A DNA stretch of 64,000 nucleotides from Candidatus Micrarchaeota archaeon (GCA_041305385.1 JBFYLO010000046.1:491-64490), one strand, 5' to 3'; shown: positions 18,193 to 28,659, counted from the stretch's first letter. Translations and numbers: made by a program. Notes: generated from the sequence alone by a model not told the origin.

Positions 18193-18393
18193 CTACCCCC
18201 CGCCACTAACTGTAAGGGCCGTCCCAACTCCAGCAAGAGTGGCCCCTGCTCCGACTAACCCCCCATCGCTTAAACCTAGGGGCGGGTTCATCCCGAAGAT
18301 TATGCTCATTCCCCCAGCAACGCCTGCGGCCATCATGGTCCAGCCAGTAGCCACCATGAAGAACCCTCGCCATCCTCCTCCCCCTGCAGCCAT
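18193..18393 (-). CDS. Possible small Gly/Ala-rich hydrophobic protein
   Basis: 66-aa ORF with TATTTTATAC box ~28 nt upstream; could equally be noncoding. Confidence 0.2.
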   Translation of the reverse strand: MAAGGGGWRGFFMVATGWTMMAAGVAGGMSIIFGMNPPLGLSDGGLVGAGATLAGVGTALTVSGGG

Positions 18394-18431
18394 GGTACCC
18401 CTTTTTGGTGAATCCAGTATAAAATACTAAC

Positions 18432-19232
18432 CTACTGCCATCTCCCGAGCTTCAGTGAGAATATCCTCGGCGGGCTTCGCTTGTGCGATGATGAGGTCAC
18501 CAGTTTGTAGAGCTTTCTTACTTTCTTCTCCTTTCCCACTTCTTTTATGATGTCTCCCCCATCCATCCCGAGCTCAACGAACATCCCGAGCACCTGGTCC
18601 GCGAAACCGTAGGAGAATCCTAGCTCGCCTTCGTCAGTCTGGTTTTTCCAGAGCCCGGCAGTCGGAGTCTTTTTTATTATCCTCTCCGGAACCCCGAGCC
18701 AGCGGGCAAGCTCCGCCACCTGCCACTTGTAAAGGTCGCCGATGGGGAGCAGGTCCGCCCCCCCATCCCCGTATTTCGTGAAATACCCGAGCAGGAGCTC
18801 GCTCTTGTTCCCAGTCCCGAGCACAAGGTAATCTTTACAGGACGCAGTCCCGTAGAGGAGTATCATTCTGGTCCTCGCAGCAATATTCCCAGAATCAACT
18901 TTCGAGCATCTCTTTCCCCTAGTTTTCTCAAGAAGCTCCTCGAGAGCCTCGGTTCCCGATTTTATGTCGATTGTTTTGTATTCGATTCCAACCCTCTTGG
19001 CAACCTCAACAGCATCCATTGTCTCCTCTGGAAAGACATCCCCATTTGGCATAACCAGCCCTAGGACGTTCTTTTTTCCCAGGGCCCTGGCTGCAAGCAT
19101 CGCGCAGACAGCGGAATCGATTCCTCCGCTCACTCCCAACACAACTCCTTTTCTCCCGGAATTTCGGACATAGTCCCTAATCCCACTGAGTATAAGTTTC
19201 CCAGCGCGTTCAGGGCCGAAGCCGGTTTTCAA
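18432..19232 (-). CDS. nadE: NH3-dependent NAD+ synthetase NadE
   Basis: PP-loop GVSGGIDSAV; length 266 aa. Confidence 0.85.
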   Translation of the reverse strand: MKTGFGPERAGKLILSGIRDYVRNSGRKGVVLGVSGGIDSAVCAMLAARALGKKNVLGLVMPNGDVFPEETMDAVEVAKRVGIEYKTIDIKSGTEALEELLEKTRGKRCSKVDSGNIAARTRMILLYGTASCKDYLVLGTGNKSELLLGYFTKYGDGGADLLPIGDLYKWQVAELARWLGVPERIIKKTPTAGLWKNQTDEGELGFSYGFADQVLGMFVELGMDGGDIIKEVGKEKKVRKLYKLVTSSSHKRSPPRIFSLKLGRWQ

Positions 19233-21835
19233 GCAACCGCCCCCCCGCCCGCGCGCTTCTCATCGATTCTCCTAAGGAAAAACTTTCTCGCCTCCTCTGC
19301 CAAAATCACTGTGCTCGCAACCCCGACTATGAGAATCCAGTCTTCGAATTCCAGTGGAGCGGTTTTGAAAACCTCTTGCAGGGCGGGCGTGTAGATGATG
19401 AGCAGCTGAAGCACAGCCGAGGCAGCGAGCGCGAGCATCAGGTACTTGTTGCGCCAGAACTCCTTTATGAACGAATCCCGGTTGGACCTGCAGTTGAGCG
19501 CGTTGAAGAGCTGGAATACGACGAATCCGGTGAATGCGATTGTTCCGGTTTCAGCAGGGTCCCTTTTTTCTGCGAGCAGGAGAAGAAAGATGGTGCCAGC
19601 GCACATCATCACCCCGGTTGTCAAAACACCTACGGACAGGCCTGAAATGATGCTGTCTTTCGGGTTGCGGGGCTTTCTCTTCATTATCTCTCCCCTCGTA
19701 GGCTCGAGCCCAAGCGCGAGCGCGGGCGGGCCGTCCATTATTATGTTTATCCAGAGCAGCTGGAGCGGAGTAAACGGCATCGGAAGGCGAGTAAACGTCA
19801 CTATGAACATCGTTGCGACTGCTGCAACATTAGTCGAGAACTGGAAGCGCACGAAGTTCCTGATGTTGTCATAGATATTCCGGCCATACTTCACGGCGCG
19901 GACTATTGTCGCGAAATTATCATCTGCAAGAACGACATCCGAAGATTCCTTGGCAACATCGGTCCCGGAGCCCATCGCCACCCCAACATCCGCCTTCTTG
20001 ATTCCAGGGACATCATTCACTCCGTCTCCAGTCATTGCTACGATGTTGCCGCTCAACTGAAGCGCATTGACGATGCGGAGCTTCTGTTCAGGCAGGACTC
20101 GGGCGTAGATGCTCACCGACTCGGATATGGCATGCAGCTCCCTGTCGCTTATCGAGTTCATCTCAGCCCCGGTGACAACCCTGTCGCCCTTCTTGAATAT
20201 TCCAACTTCCCCGGCAATCGCCATCGCAGTCACCGGATTGTCCCCAGTTATCATAACGACCCTGATTCCAGCCTCCTTGCAATGGCGGACAGACTCGTAA
20301 ACATCCTCTCTCGGAGGGTCAATCATGCCCACGAGCCCGAGAAAAACAAGGTCCTCATCAGTCGCCTTTCCCCTCTTGTCGAGCTTTCTATATGCAAAGG
20401 CGAGGACCCTGAGTCCCTGCTTCGCAAGCTCCTCATTCTCAGCAGCGAGCCGTTGGGCATCCGCCTTTCTCATCGCCCCTTCCCCGTCCTCAGTCATGAG
20501 GCGCGTTGACCTCTCGACGATGGATTCAAAGGCGCCCTTCACGAAGACAAACTTGCCGGACCTCTTACTATTCACAGAGACCATGAGCTTCTTCTTCGAG
20601 TCGAACAGGGGCTCGTTCTCCCCGGGCGTCGCCTTCCTGATTCCCACGTACTCAAGCCCAGCTTTCTCTGCAAGAACGAGCAGTGCGACTTCAGTTGGGT
20701 CTCCGACAACCTCCGCCCTGCCCCCCTTTCTTGATATCGAAGAGGCGTTGCAAAGGACCGCAGCCTCGAGCAAGAGCGCGAGGGTCCCAACAGGCTTTCC
20801 CATGGGCTCCCCGTCCATGATGAGCCTTCCTGGTCCGTCATACCCCTCCCCAGTAACCTCTACTTCCTTCATGTCTACAAACACTTTTCGGACAGTCATC
20901 TTGTTCTGCGTTATCGTTCCGGTCTTGTCCGTGCAAATGACTGTCACGCTCCCCAACGATTCGACTGCCAGGAGCTTCCTCACGATCGCATTTCTGGCAG
21001 CCATCTTTTTCATCCCGATTGCAAGCGTTATGGTGACAGTCGTCGCTAGTCCCTCTGGGACGGATGCAACTGCAAGCGTGACTGCAATCAGGAACATCTC
21101 ACCCCAGGGCTTCGGATAAAGCAGCGTGCCGACAATGAAAACTACGAAGCAGGAGACGATGCCCGCGAATCCCACCCGGCTTGCAAGCCAATCGAGCTTC
21201 CTCTGGAGCGGGGTTTTGTCCTCCCTCACCATTATCGTCTTGACTATCCTTCCCATCTCCGTGCCCATGCCGGTCTCCTTTACGAGGCACGTTCCCTTGC
21301 CACGGGCAATCACCGTTCCCATGTAAAGGCGCCTCCCTTCACCCTCCACGCCAGCGTCCTTCTCTACAGTGGTGGACTCGCCGGTCAGCATCGACTCATC
21401 CACAAGGAGCCCAGTTGATTTCAATATCTCCAGGTCAGCAGGCACCTTGTCCCCTTCGCAAACAATCACGAGGTCCCCGGGAACAATCTCCCTGGTGTCA
21501 ATTATCCGCTCCTCTCCATCCCTAACCACCCGCGCCTTGAGTGCAGTCATCTTGATGAGGCTCTCCATCGCCTGCTCTCCCCTGTACTCCTGCATGACGC
21601 TCAGGCAGACGGAGAGCATGGCAGCTATGAATATGGCGATTGCCTCGAGCTGGTCTCCGATGTAGAGGGAAATGGCTGCCGCCGCCAAAAGAAGCATTAT
21701 GATGAAGTTGTTGAACTGGTCGAGAAACAGCCCGAGAAGTGTGACCTTGCCCTTCCGCTCCAGCTCGTTCGGCCCGAATTTCGCAAGCCTCTCCGCAGCT
21801 TCAACGCTTGAAAGCCCTAGGTTTTCCAAATTCAC
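19229..21835 (-). CDS. P-type cation-transporting ATPase (type IIA, Ca2+-ATPase-like)
   Basis: DKTGTIT phosphorylation motif, TGES, MITGDN, MTGDGVNDVPGIKKADVGVAMG; 10 TM helices; 4-nt overlap with nadE. Confidence 0.85.
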   Translation of the reverse strand: MNLENLGLSSVEAAERLAKFGPNELERKGKVTLLGLFLDQFNNFIIMLLLAAAAISLYIGDQLEAIAIFIAAMLSVCLSVMQEYRGEQAMESLIKMTALKARVVRDGEERIIDTREIVPGDLVIVCEGDKVPADLEILKSTGLLVDESMLTGESTTVEKDAGVEGEGRRLYMGTVIARGKGTCLVKETGMGTEMGRIVKTIMVREDKTPLQRKLDWLASRVGFAGIVSCFVVFIVGTLLYPKPWGEMFLIAVTLAVASVPEGLATTVTITLAIGMKKMAARNAIVRKLLAVESLGSVTVICTDKTGTITQNKMTVRKVFVDMKEVEVTGEGYDGPGRLIMDGEPMGKPVGTLALLLEAAVLCNASSISRKGGRAEVVGDPTEVALLVLAEKAGLEYVGIRKATPGENEPLFDSKKKLMVSVNSKRSGKFVFVKGAFESIVERSTRLMTEDGEGAMRKADAQRLAAENEELAKQGLRVLAFAYRKLDKRGKATDEDLVFLGLVGMIDPPREDVYESVRHCKEAGIRVVMITGDNPVTAMAIAGEVGIFKKGDRVVTGAEMNSISDRELHAISESVSIYARVLPEQKLRIVNALQLSGNIVAMTGDGVNDVPGIKKADVGVAMGSGTDVAKESSDVVLADDNFATIVRAVKYGRNIYDNIRNFVRFQFSTNVAAVATMFIVTFTRLPMPFTPLQLLWINIIMDGPPALALGLEPTRGEIMKRKPRNPKDSIISGLSVGVLTTGVMMCAGTIFLLLLAEKRDPAETGTIAFTGFVVFQLFNALNCRSNRDSFIKEFWRNKYLMLALAASAVLQLLIIYTPALQEVFKTAPLEFEDWILIVGVASTVILAEEARKFFLRRIDEKRAGGGAVA

Positions 21836-21840
21836 ACCGC

Positions 21841-23439
21841 CTAAACATAGTCGCTTATCTTAGTCTGCCCCCCAGACTGCCCTTTCTCCGCTTGCGCTTT
21901 TAATTCTTTTTCCTTTCTTTTGGGCCCGGTCCCACTACCCCTCCTTTCTCCTTCAGCCACTTCATCCCGTTTTATCCTGTCTATCGCCCCCATCATCTTC
22001 TTCTCCTTTCTTCTTGAAACCCAATAATACGCCTCATCCCTCGTTCCCCGTGTTACGAGCACCAACACCTCCCCGGCCCTCGTCCTCGCGGTCCTTCCCC
22101 TTCTCTGGATGCTCCTTATCTCGCTCGCCACAGGCTCGTAGAATATCACGCAGTCAACTGAAGGGATGTCAAGGCCCTCTTCCCCGATTTGGGTCGCGAC
22201 AAGGACGTTGTATTCGCCCGCCCTGAATCTTTCAATGGTCTCCTTCTGCTCCTTCTGCGAGACTCCGTCCTTCTTCCCGACAAACCGGACAGGCTTCACG
22301 CCAGGAATTTTTCCAAGGTCCTCCACAACTCTCCGTATCTGGTCCCGGTATTGCACAAACACGATGAACGTCTTGCTCTCCCTCTCGATGATAAGCTCCC
22401 GCAGCCTCTCCATCTTCGGGTGCTCGATGTCGGAATTCCGCGCAATTTCGAGAATCCCGTTCAGCTCCTCATCTGCCAGAAGCCTCTGGACGGCCTTGCT
22501 CTTCTCCTCCCGCCCCCCCATTCTCTCGAAGAAGTCAAGGAAGGTTCCGACTCCCTGCGTCTCGAGGAGCTCGTGCGCATGAAGGAGATTGAAGAGCTCC
22601 GCATACCTTGAGAGCGCAGAGTACCTCCACCCTCCCCCGGAACGCTCGATTTTCCCCCTCAGCTCAATCAGCTTCCTCTTGGACAGCTTTTTCGGGTTCC
22701 CGACCAGTCCCAGTTTCACAAACATCCCGGCCCGCTTCTCGATAAGCGCTTCGAGCCCGAACTTCATCCCCTCAATCGACTCTGGCAGCTCGACCCCGAC
22801 CCACTTGATGCTCACTGGCTGGACATAATCCTTTACGTCATCGTCTTCCTCGCCCCTGATTTCCACTTTGCTTATCCCGAGGGTTTCCATTATCACCCTT
22901 ATCTTCCTCTCATCCGCCCCAGGCGAAGCAGTGAGGGCGAGCGCCATAACCCCGTTTTCCTTGCACTTGCCAGCCACATAAGTATACGCGTATTTCCCGA
23001 CGCACCGATGCGCCTCATCAAAGACGACAAGGCCCACGCCCCCAAGGCTCGCCCTGGATGTTTTCAAATCGTTCTCGAGCGTCTGGGGAGTCGCGAGTGC
23101 AACAGTTGCGTCCTTCCAAAGCTCGGCCCTTTTTTTCGCAGGGGTTGCCCCAGTTATGAGAATTACCCGACTCCCCTCCAAATTCATCAGTTCCGTTATC
23201 GTTTTTCTGTGCTGCTCAGCGAGGGGCTTTGTCGGCGCGAGCAGGATAATCTTTTTCCCCTCCCCGAGATGCTTCGCCATCACCAGGGCTGCGATGAGCG
23301 TCTTTCCCATTCCAGTCGGAAGAACGACCAGGGTGTTCTCGAGCTTCGCCTTCTCGGCAATGGCTAGCTGGTAATCCCTCGGAACAGGGGCATTTTCTTT
23401 GAAAATCTTATCTCGCACCAAATCTCTCCAATGGGCCAA
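21841..23439 (-). CDS. Hef/FANCM-like SF2 helicase (helicase core only, Lys-rich C-terminal tail, no XPF nuclease domain)
   Basis: LPTGMGKT Walker A, DEAH box, QRRGRTAR motif VI; ends after helicase domain with KRKEKELKAQAEKGQ tail. Confidence 0.65.
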   Translation of the reverse strand: MAHWRDLVRDKIFKENAPVPRDYQLAIAEKAKLENTLVVLPTGMGKTLIAALVMAKHLGEGKKIILLAPTKPLAEQHRKTITELMNLEGSRVILITGATPAKKRAELWKDATVALATPQTLENDLKTSRASLGGVGLVVFDEAHRCVGKYAYTYVAGKCKENGVMALALTASPGADERKIRVIMETLGISKVEIRGEEDDDVKDYVQPVSIKWVGVELPESIEGMKFGLEALIEKRAGMFVKLGLVGNPKKLSKRKLIELRGKIERSGGGWRYSALSRYAELFNLLHAHELLETQGVGTFLDFFERMGGREEKSKAVQRLLADEELNGILEIARNSDIEHPKMERLRELIIERESKTFIVFVQYRDQIRRVVEDLGKIPGVKPVRFVGKKDGVSQKEQKETIERFRAGEYNVLVATQIGEEGLDIPSVDCVIFYEPVASEIRSIQRRGRTARTRAGEVLVLVTRGTRDEAYYWVSRRKEKKMMGAIDRIKRDEVAEGERRGSGTGPKRKEKELKAQAEKGQSGGQTKISDYV

Positions 23440-23501
23440 AAAAAGCCCAACAGGGTTTTATTCGCCGAGAACGCTTATTAAAATTCCCATTTTTCGAAAG
23501 A

Positions 23502-23510
23502 TATTTAAAA
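23502..23510 (+). promoter_or_regulatory. TATA box (TATTTAAAA) for the histone gene
   Basis: ~31 nt upstream of ATG 23542 with purine-rich BRE-like AAAG before it. Confidence 0.4.
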
Positions 23511-23541
23511 CCTAACAGTGCGAACGTAACCTTGTGAGTTT

Positions 23542-23739
23542 ATGGCTGTGTTGCCAAAGGCACCAATTGAGCGTTTGATAAGGAAGGCCGGGGCGGACCG
23601 CGTTTCCGATGATGCTGCCGAGGCGCTGGCCAACATTCTCGAGGACCTGGCTGCTGAAATTTCAATGAAGGCGGTGAAGCTTGCCAAGCACGCCGGCAGA
23701 AAGACCGTAACCGAGGATGACATAAAGCTCGCCCGCTGA
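23542..23739 (+). CDS. Archaeal histone (HMf family)
   Basis: [22 protein letters not shown]...[19 protein letters not shown] is the canonical archaeal histone fold, 65 aa. Confidence 0.85.
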   Translation: MAVLPKAPIERLIRKAGADRVSDDAAEALANILEDLAAEISMKAVKLAKHAGRKTVTEDDIKLAR

Positions 23740-23783
23740 TTCTCCTGGCCCGCCATATCGCCTAGAAACATATTTATTCCAGT

Positions 23784-24638
23784 TTGTCCACAATTAACAG
23801 CGCTAAAGAGGTGGTTATCGTGAGAGGAATCATGTTTGTTCTCGCGCTTCTTGCGCTCTCGATGTCTGTTTTTGCATTCGACTTAATCGTGAATAACATA
23901 TACTACTACCCGCAAAATCCAACGCCTGGCAGTTTGATTCCCGTAATCGTAGAGGTAATGAATATCGGTAACTCAACTGCGAACTCATCAATGACTGGCC
24001 TGGTCGTCGACGGGGCGTTATATGGGGCACGCATGGTCGGCCCGATTCAACCAATGCAAGCAGCATACGCGAACTTCACTTACAATGTTACGGCATCACC
24101 GAATCCGCACACTCTTGCTGGAGTCGCCGACTACTTCAAGGCAATTTCGGAGACGAATGAGAACAATAACCAGAAGGTAGTTTATCTCACAGTGACAATC
24201 CCCATCTACTGCGGGGACGGCATCTGCAACGGGAACGAAACCTACTATTCCTGCCCGAGTGATTGCCCGCCACCAATCTACTGCGGGGACGGCATCTGCA
24301 ACGGGAACGAAACCTGCAGCACCTGCCCAGGAGACTGCGGCCTATGCCCGAACTGCACTCCGCAGTGGTACTGCAAGAACCCGAACACAAGGGCTTACAA
24401 GAGTTCCACCTGTCAGGTGACGTATTTCCCATGCGGCAACAACTACTGCTGCAATAACGGAAAATGCATTAAGGACCTCTCTAACAAGTGCAGGAACGTG
24501 CAAATCAGCTATGCAGACGATGCGCTGGCACAAATGAAAGGCGCGCAATTACAGCTGAGCGCGCTGGCGTCCCTCCTTCTCGCAGCCCTAGTGGGAATCG
24601 TGCTCTATTCCTTCATGAAGATGGAGTCGCACCTCTAG
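23784..24638 (+). CDS. Cell-surface protein: CARDB-like N-terminal domain, tandem Cys-rich IYCGDGICNGNET..CP.DC modules, C-terminal TM anchor
   Basis: Signal/TM at N-terminus, NENNNQ..VYL CARDB-like motif, two 24-aa Cys modules, C-terminal hydrophobic helix. Confidence 0.5.
   Translation: MSTINSAKEVVIVRGIMFVLALLALSMSVFAFDLIVNNIYYYPQNPTPGSLIPVIVEVMNIGNSTANSSMTGLVVDGALYGARMVGPIQPMQAAYANFTYNVTASPNPHTLAGVADYFKAISETNENNNQKVVYLTVTIPIYCGDGICNGNETYYSCPSDCPPPIYCGDGICNGNETCSTCPGDCGLCPNCTPQWYCKNPNTRAYKSSTCQVTYFPCGNNYCCNNGKCIKDLSNKCRNVQISYADDALAQMKGAQLQLSALASLLLAALVGIVLYSFMKMESHL
24204..24315. repeat. Intragenic direct repeat: 40-bp unit ATCTACTGCGGGGACGGCATCTGCAACGGGAACGAAACCT twice (24204-24243 and 24276-24315)
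   Basis: Exact 40/40 nucleotide identity read directly from the sequence; encodes the duplicated Cys-rich module. Confidence 0.8.
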
Positions 24639-24696
24639 GCACAATGGGGCCCCCCTAGGTGCCCCATTTAAATTCTTTTTTCCCCAATTCTTTCCC

Positions 24697-25413
24697 ATGA
24701 AGCTCAACGTGAAGGACCTTAACCTAGAATTCAACGGAAGCACCCTCTATCTTGACGACGTTCCGGTCAAGCCGGACATACGGACCCTCGGGCAGATGAG
24801 GAAAGTCCTATTCGACCCGGAGGCAGGGAAAGGCGACCAGAACACGCCTCTTTACCACATGTACCGCGACCTGGCCCCAAAACTCAAGGCCAGCAGCATC
24901 CGCTATGACATAACCATAATCTTTCCCAAAAAACTAGGGGCCGAGTTCAACAAGACCCTGGGCCATTACCACCCGGCGGCAGCCCCGGGCCTTTCCTACA
25001 CAGAGCTTTATAATATCCTCGAGGGCGAGGCGCACTACCTTCTCCAGAAGCCAGGCCCCGGCCTGATTGAAGACGCCCTGCTGATACGGGCGAAGAAGGG
25101 CGATGCGGTCCCAATGCCCCCGAACTATGGCCACATAACGATTAATCCTGGCAGCGGGCCCCTCGTCATGGCCAATTTGGTGGAGGCCAATTTCTCTTCC
25201 GAGTATACCGAATACGAGAAGCACAGGGGCGGAGCCTATTACGAGCTTGCAAATGGAAAGTTCATCCAAAACCCGACTTATGGCACGCTTCCAAAGCTAA
25301 GGACAATTGCTGCAGTCTCCTGGAAAGGGCTCGGGCCAGACATTCTCGCTTCTTATCTTAAGGACCAGAAGCCATTCGAATTCCTGAAAGACCCGAGGCT
25401 ATACGAGGAATAA
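24697..25413 (+). CDS. pgiA: Cupin-type glucose-6-phosphate isomerase (cPGI)
   Basis: TLGHYH metal-binding motif, conserved E, and VPMPPNYGHITINPG matching the Pyrococcus cPGI VPPYWAHRTVNIG signature. Confidence 0.6.
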   Translation: MKLNVKDLNLEFNGSTLYLDDVPVKPDIRTLGQMRKVLFDPEAGKGDQNTPLYHMYRDLAPKLKASSIRYDITIIFPKKLGAEFNKTLGHYHPAAAPGLSYTELYNILEGEAHYLLQKPGPGLIEDALLIRAKKGDAVPMPPNYGHITINPGSGPLVMANLVEANFSSEYTEYEKHRGGAYYELANGKFIQNPTYGTLPKLRTIAAVSWKGLGPDILASYLKDQKPFEFLKDPRLYEE

Positions 25414-25460
25414 AAAAGAAAAATAAGTGGGCATCGAGCGCCCGTTCCAGACTATCTTCC

Positions 25461-27566
25461 TCAGAAGCTTGCGGCCCCGCCAACGATGAGCCCTGCAATC
25501 AGCAGCCCAATGACGCTCAATATCTTCATCATGATGTTGAGCGACGGCCCTGCGGTGTCCTTGAACGGGTCCCCGACAGTGTCCCCAACTACTGCTGCCG
25601 CATGGGTCGGCGTTCCCTTGCCCCCGAAGTTCCCGTCCTCGATGTACTTCTTCGCGTTGTCCCACGCCCCTCCTGCGTTGCACATGAACACCGCGAGCAT
25701 CAGCGAGGACACAATTGCCCCGCCCAGGAATCCCCCGAGCGGTTCTATCCCAAGCAGGTAGACAATGGCAATCGGGGAGAGCACAGTGATGATTACCGGG
25801 ACCACAAGCTCGCCCAGAGCGCCCTTGGTCGCGATGTCAACGCACCGCGCGTAGTCAGGTTTGTCCTTCCCTTCCATTATCTTCTTCGTCTTGAACTGCC
25901 TCCTGACTTCTTCAACTATCAGGAATGCCGTCTTCCCGACAGCTTTGATTGCCATCGATGAGAAGAGGAATGGGAACGCAGCCCCGAGCAGGAACCCGAT
26001 GAACACCACGGGTTCGGACACCCTTATTGAGGTTATCCCTACAACCCCGACTTTTGTGAGGAATGCGGCAAACAGCGCAACTGCCGAGACTGCAGCAGAT
26101 GCTATCGCAAACCCCTTCGTAAGCGCTTTCACGGTGTTCCCCACAGAGTCGAGCTCGCTCGTTATCTTTGCAGCCTTCTTGTCGGTCTTGTCCAGGCCGC
26201 TCATTTCGACAATCCCCTGCGCGTTGTCAGAAACAGGGCCGAACGTGTCCATCGAGACAGTAATGCCCGTCGTCCCGAGCATTCCTACGCCGACAAGGGC
26301 AATCCCGTAGAAACCCATCGCCCAGTAGCCGACATATATCGCAACAGAAACAATAATCGCCATTGCAAAAGAGCTTTCATATCCATATGCGACCCCGCTG
26401 ATTATCGTTGTTCCAGCACCGGTCTGCGCTGATTTCGCTATCTCCTGAACCGGGACCTTGCCCGTTATCCTGCCGAAGAGGCTCTTGTGCGGTGCAGTGT
26501 AATATTCAGTCATCCAGCCAATGAGCTGAGTTGCTGCCAAGCCCGCGAAAGCAGCTACAAACGGCCTCCAGTCGTTGAACAGCACCATGGAGATGATGAG
26601 AAACAGGCCAGCCATTATCAGGTTCGCCCGCAGCAGGCCCTTGTCCATCGCTTTCATGGCACTCTCTCCCTTCTTTGCTTTCACAAAGAATGTCCCGGCG
26701 ATTGCCGAGAATGCGGCTGCAGCGTAGAAGAGAATCGGCAGGGCCATTCCGGAAATCCCGTATGTCCCTCCACTTAGCGTTGGGACAGTGGCCCCCAGTA
26801 TTATCGCAGCCACAAGGGAGGCGACATAAGATTCGTAAATATCCGCGCCCATCCCAGCGCAGTCACCAACGTTGTCCCCGACATTATCCGCAATGACTGC
26901 CGGATTCCTCGGGTCGTCTTCTGGAATCCCTTTCTCGATTTTTCCCACGAGGTCTGCCCCGACATCAGCTCCCTTTGTGAATATTCCTCCCCCTACCCTC
27001 ATGAACAGGGCGAGTAGCGATGCTCCGAAGCTGAACCCGACAACCACGTTGCTCATGACCGGGATAGCTTGCTCAGCGTTCCCCCCATAAAGGAAATAAG
27101 CACCAGTGAATATCGCAGTAACCCCGAAGAGGCCTAGGCCTGCAAGCACCATCCCGTTTACAATGCCCGCGCTGAACGCAGTCCTCAACGCGTAATTCAG
27201 GTCAGTTCTCGCAGCATTCGCGCACCTGACATTGGACCTTATCGCAACAAACATCCCGGTGTAGCCTGCGCTAGCGGAGAATATCGCACCGATGACAAAC
27301 GTTATCGGGAGCGCCCATCCCGCAGGCGTGTTCCAGAATGCAACTCCTAGAAGAATCGCAATCAATACGACAACCACAGCAATGGTCCTGAACTGCCTTC
27401 TAAGATAAGCTTCCGCGCCCTCGCGGACAGCCCTTGAGATTTCAATCATCTTGGGCGTCCCCTCTGGCTGTGCAAGCACTCCTTTTCCCATGTGCCATGC
27501 AAAGGCAAGGGCAGCTAAAGCCCCAATAAAACCTAGCGCTATGGCCAGAATCACGATAAAGTCCAT
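25461..27566 (-). CDS. hppA: Membrane-bound H+/Na+-translocating pyrophosphatase (V-type PPase)
   Basis: GGIFTKGADVGADLVGK, DNVGDNVGDCAGMGADIYESY, ~16 TM helices, 701 aa. Confidence 0.9.
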   Translation of the reverse strand: MDFIVILAIALGFIGALAALAFAWHMGKGVLAQPEGTPKMIEISRAVREGAEAYLRRQFRTIAVVVVLIAILLGVAFWNTPAGWALPITFVIGAIFSASAGYTGMFVAIRSNVRCANAARTDLNYALRTAFSAGIVNGMVLAGLGLFGVTAIFTGAYFLYGGNAEQAIPVMSNVVVGFSFGASLLALFMRVGGGIFTKGADVGADLVGKIEKGIPEDDPRNPAVIADNVGDNVGDCAGMGADIYESYVASLVAAIILGATVPTLSGGTYGISGMALPILFYAAAAFSAIAGTFFVKAKKGESAMKAMDKGLLRANLIMAGLFLIISMVLFNDWRPFVAAFAGLAATQLIGWMTEYYTAPHKSLFGRITGKVPVQEIAKSAQTGAGTTIISGVAYGYESSFAMAIIVSVAIYVGYWAMGFYGIALVGVGMLGTTGITVSMDTFGPVSDNAQGIVEMSGLDKTDKKAAKITSELDSVGNTVKALTKGFAIASAAVSAVALFAAFLTKVGVVGITSIRVSEPVVFIGFLLGAAFPFLFSSMAIKAVGKTAFLIVEEVRRQFKTKKIMEGKDKPDYARCVDIATKGALGELVVPVIITVLSPIAIVYLLGIEPLGGFLGGAIVSSLMLAVFMCNAGGAWDNAKKYIEDGNFGGKGTPTHAAAVVGDTVGDPFKDTAGPSLNIMMKILSVIGLLIAGLIVGGAASF

Positions 27567-27618
27567 CGCCGCACCTCCTTGTTTAAGGATAATTTCCCGA
27601 AGCTAATTAAAAATCTTT

Positions 27619-28005
27619 CTAATCAACCACTTCGATGGGAACCGGCTTTCCATCTCTATCATAAGCTCGTGCATCCTGCTCCCTGTATGGATAGCCAGCG
27701 ATTATGTGCACTTTTCCGAGCCTCCCGAAAAAAAGTCTATCGCCCCTCGACGGCCTTGCATCTGGGACTGGGTGCGAGTGGAAACTGCCACAAGAGTGCG
27801 AGAACATCGGGAGCATGTTGAAGTCGATGCTCGAGAACCCATTTCCATAGGTGCTTCTTGGGAGGATTAAAACGTGGGTTATCAATCCCTCATCGTCATC
27901 CCTGAGCAAGGCGATGAACTCATCTGGGTAAACATTCTTGGATGCGCCGAGCGCCAGCTCAAGGGCTTCCCGCTTGATTTTGACCATCAGGCTCGCCAGT
28001 TCCAT
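27619..28005 (-). CDS. JAMM/MPN+ metalloprotease (AfJAMM-like, possible SAMP/ubiquitin-like deconjugase)
   Basis: E...HSHPxxxxxxxSxxD JAMM motif (FHSHPVPDARPSRGD); 128 aa. Confidence 0.65.
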   Translation of the reverse strand: MELASLMVKIKREALELALGASKNVYPDEFIALLRDDDEGLITHVLILPRSTYGNGFSSIDFNMLPMFSHSCGSFHSHPVPDARPSRGDRLFFGRLGKVHIIAGYPYREQDARAYDRDGKPVPIEVVD

Positions 28006-28597
28006 TCGCTCCTTTTTCCCGAGTGCTCGCCGTTCCCGCTTTCCTCGCGAATACCAGGTAAGCAGTGTGGGTCAACCCGGTGTTCTCGGGCCTGAAGCCC
28101 TGCTCCCTCACAAGCATCTCCCGGACAATCGACTCTATGCAAAAAGGATTTGTGAAGCCGACTTTCACGCATTCCTTCACGAACTTGCTCACCTGCTCCG
28201 CGTGCGGCAGATACCCGACCACAAACCCGCCCTCTTTCAGCGCCTTGAAAGCATGCGGAAGAACCCTGTCCGAATCCGCCAAGTCCAGGGCAACCAAGTC
28301 CAGATTTTTTTCACCGATTCCTTGAAAAACATCCCCGAGCTTTACCTTTACATTTTTCAGCTTCGCCCTTTCAACATTCATTTTCGCAAGCTCAGCGAAC
28401 TCCTCCCTTCTTTCGTAAGTCACTACGCTCTTGCACACATTCCCCAAAGCGATTGCAAGCCACCCGCTTCCTGCCCCGGCATCCACTACCTTGCTCGTCT
28501 TCCCAACCCCGGTGAAAGCCAGAATCATCCCGATGTCCTTGGGCAAAATGACCTGTGGCCCTCTCTTCAATTTGTCCAGCAATGGATTGAATTTCAT
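27959..28597 (-). CDS. trmI: tRNA (adenine57/58-N1)-methyltransferase TrmI/Gcd14 family
   Basis: QVILPKDIGMI, VVDAGAGSGWLAIAL SAM-binding motif, VALDL; low-complexity C-terminal tail overlaps JAMM gene. Confidence 0.65.
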   Translation of the reverse strand: MKFNPLLDKLKRGPQVILPKDIGMILAFTGVGKTSKVVDAGAGSGWLAIALGNVCKSVVTYERREEFAELAKMNVERAKLKNVKVKLGDVFQGIGEKNLDLVALDLADSDRVLPHAFKALKEGGFVVGYLPHAEQVSKFVKECVKVGFTNPFCIESIVREMLVREQGFRPENTGLTHTAYLVFARKAGTASTREKGANGTGEPDGQNQAGSP

Positions 28598-28659
28598 AGT
28601 GTTTAATCTCGCAAGACAAACGTTAAATTACTTTTCAGAGGATACACTTCAAGGAGGTT

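Noticed and set aside
25399-25683. 94-aa Arg/His-rich ORF between cPGI and H+-PPase
   Set aside because: It overlaps the 3' end of the PPase gene antisense and its composition is artefactual.
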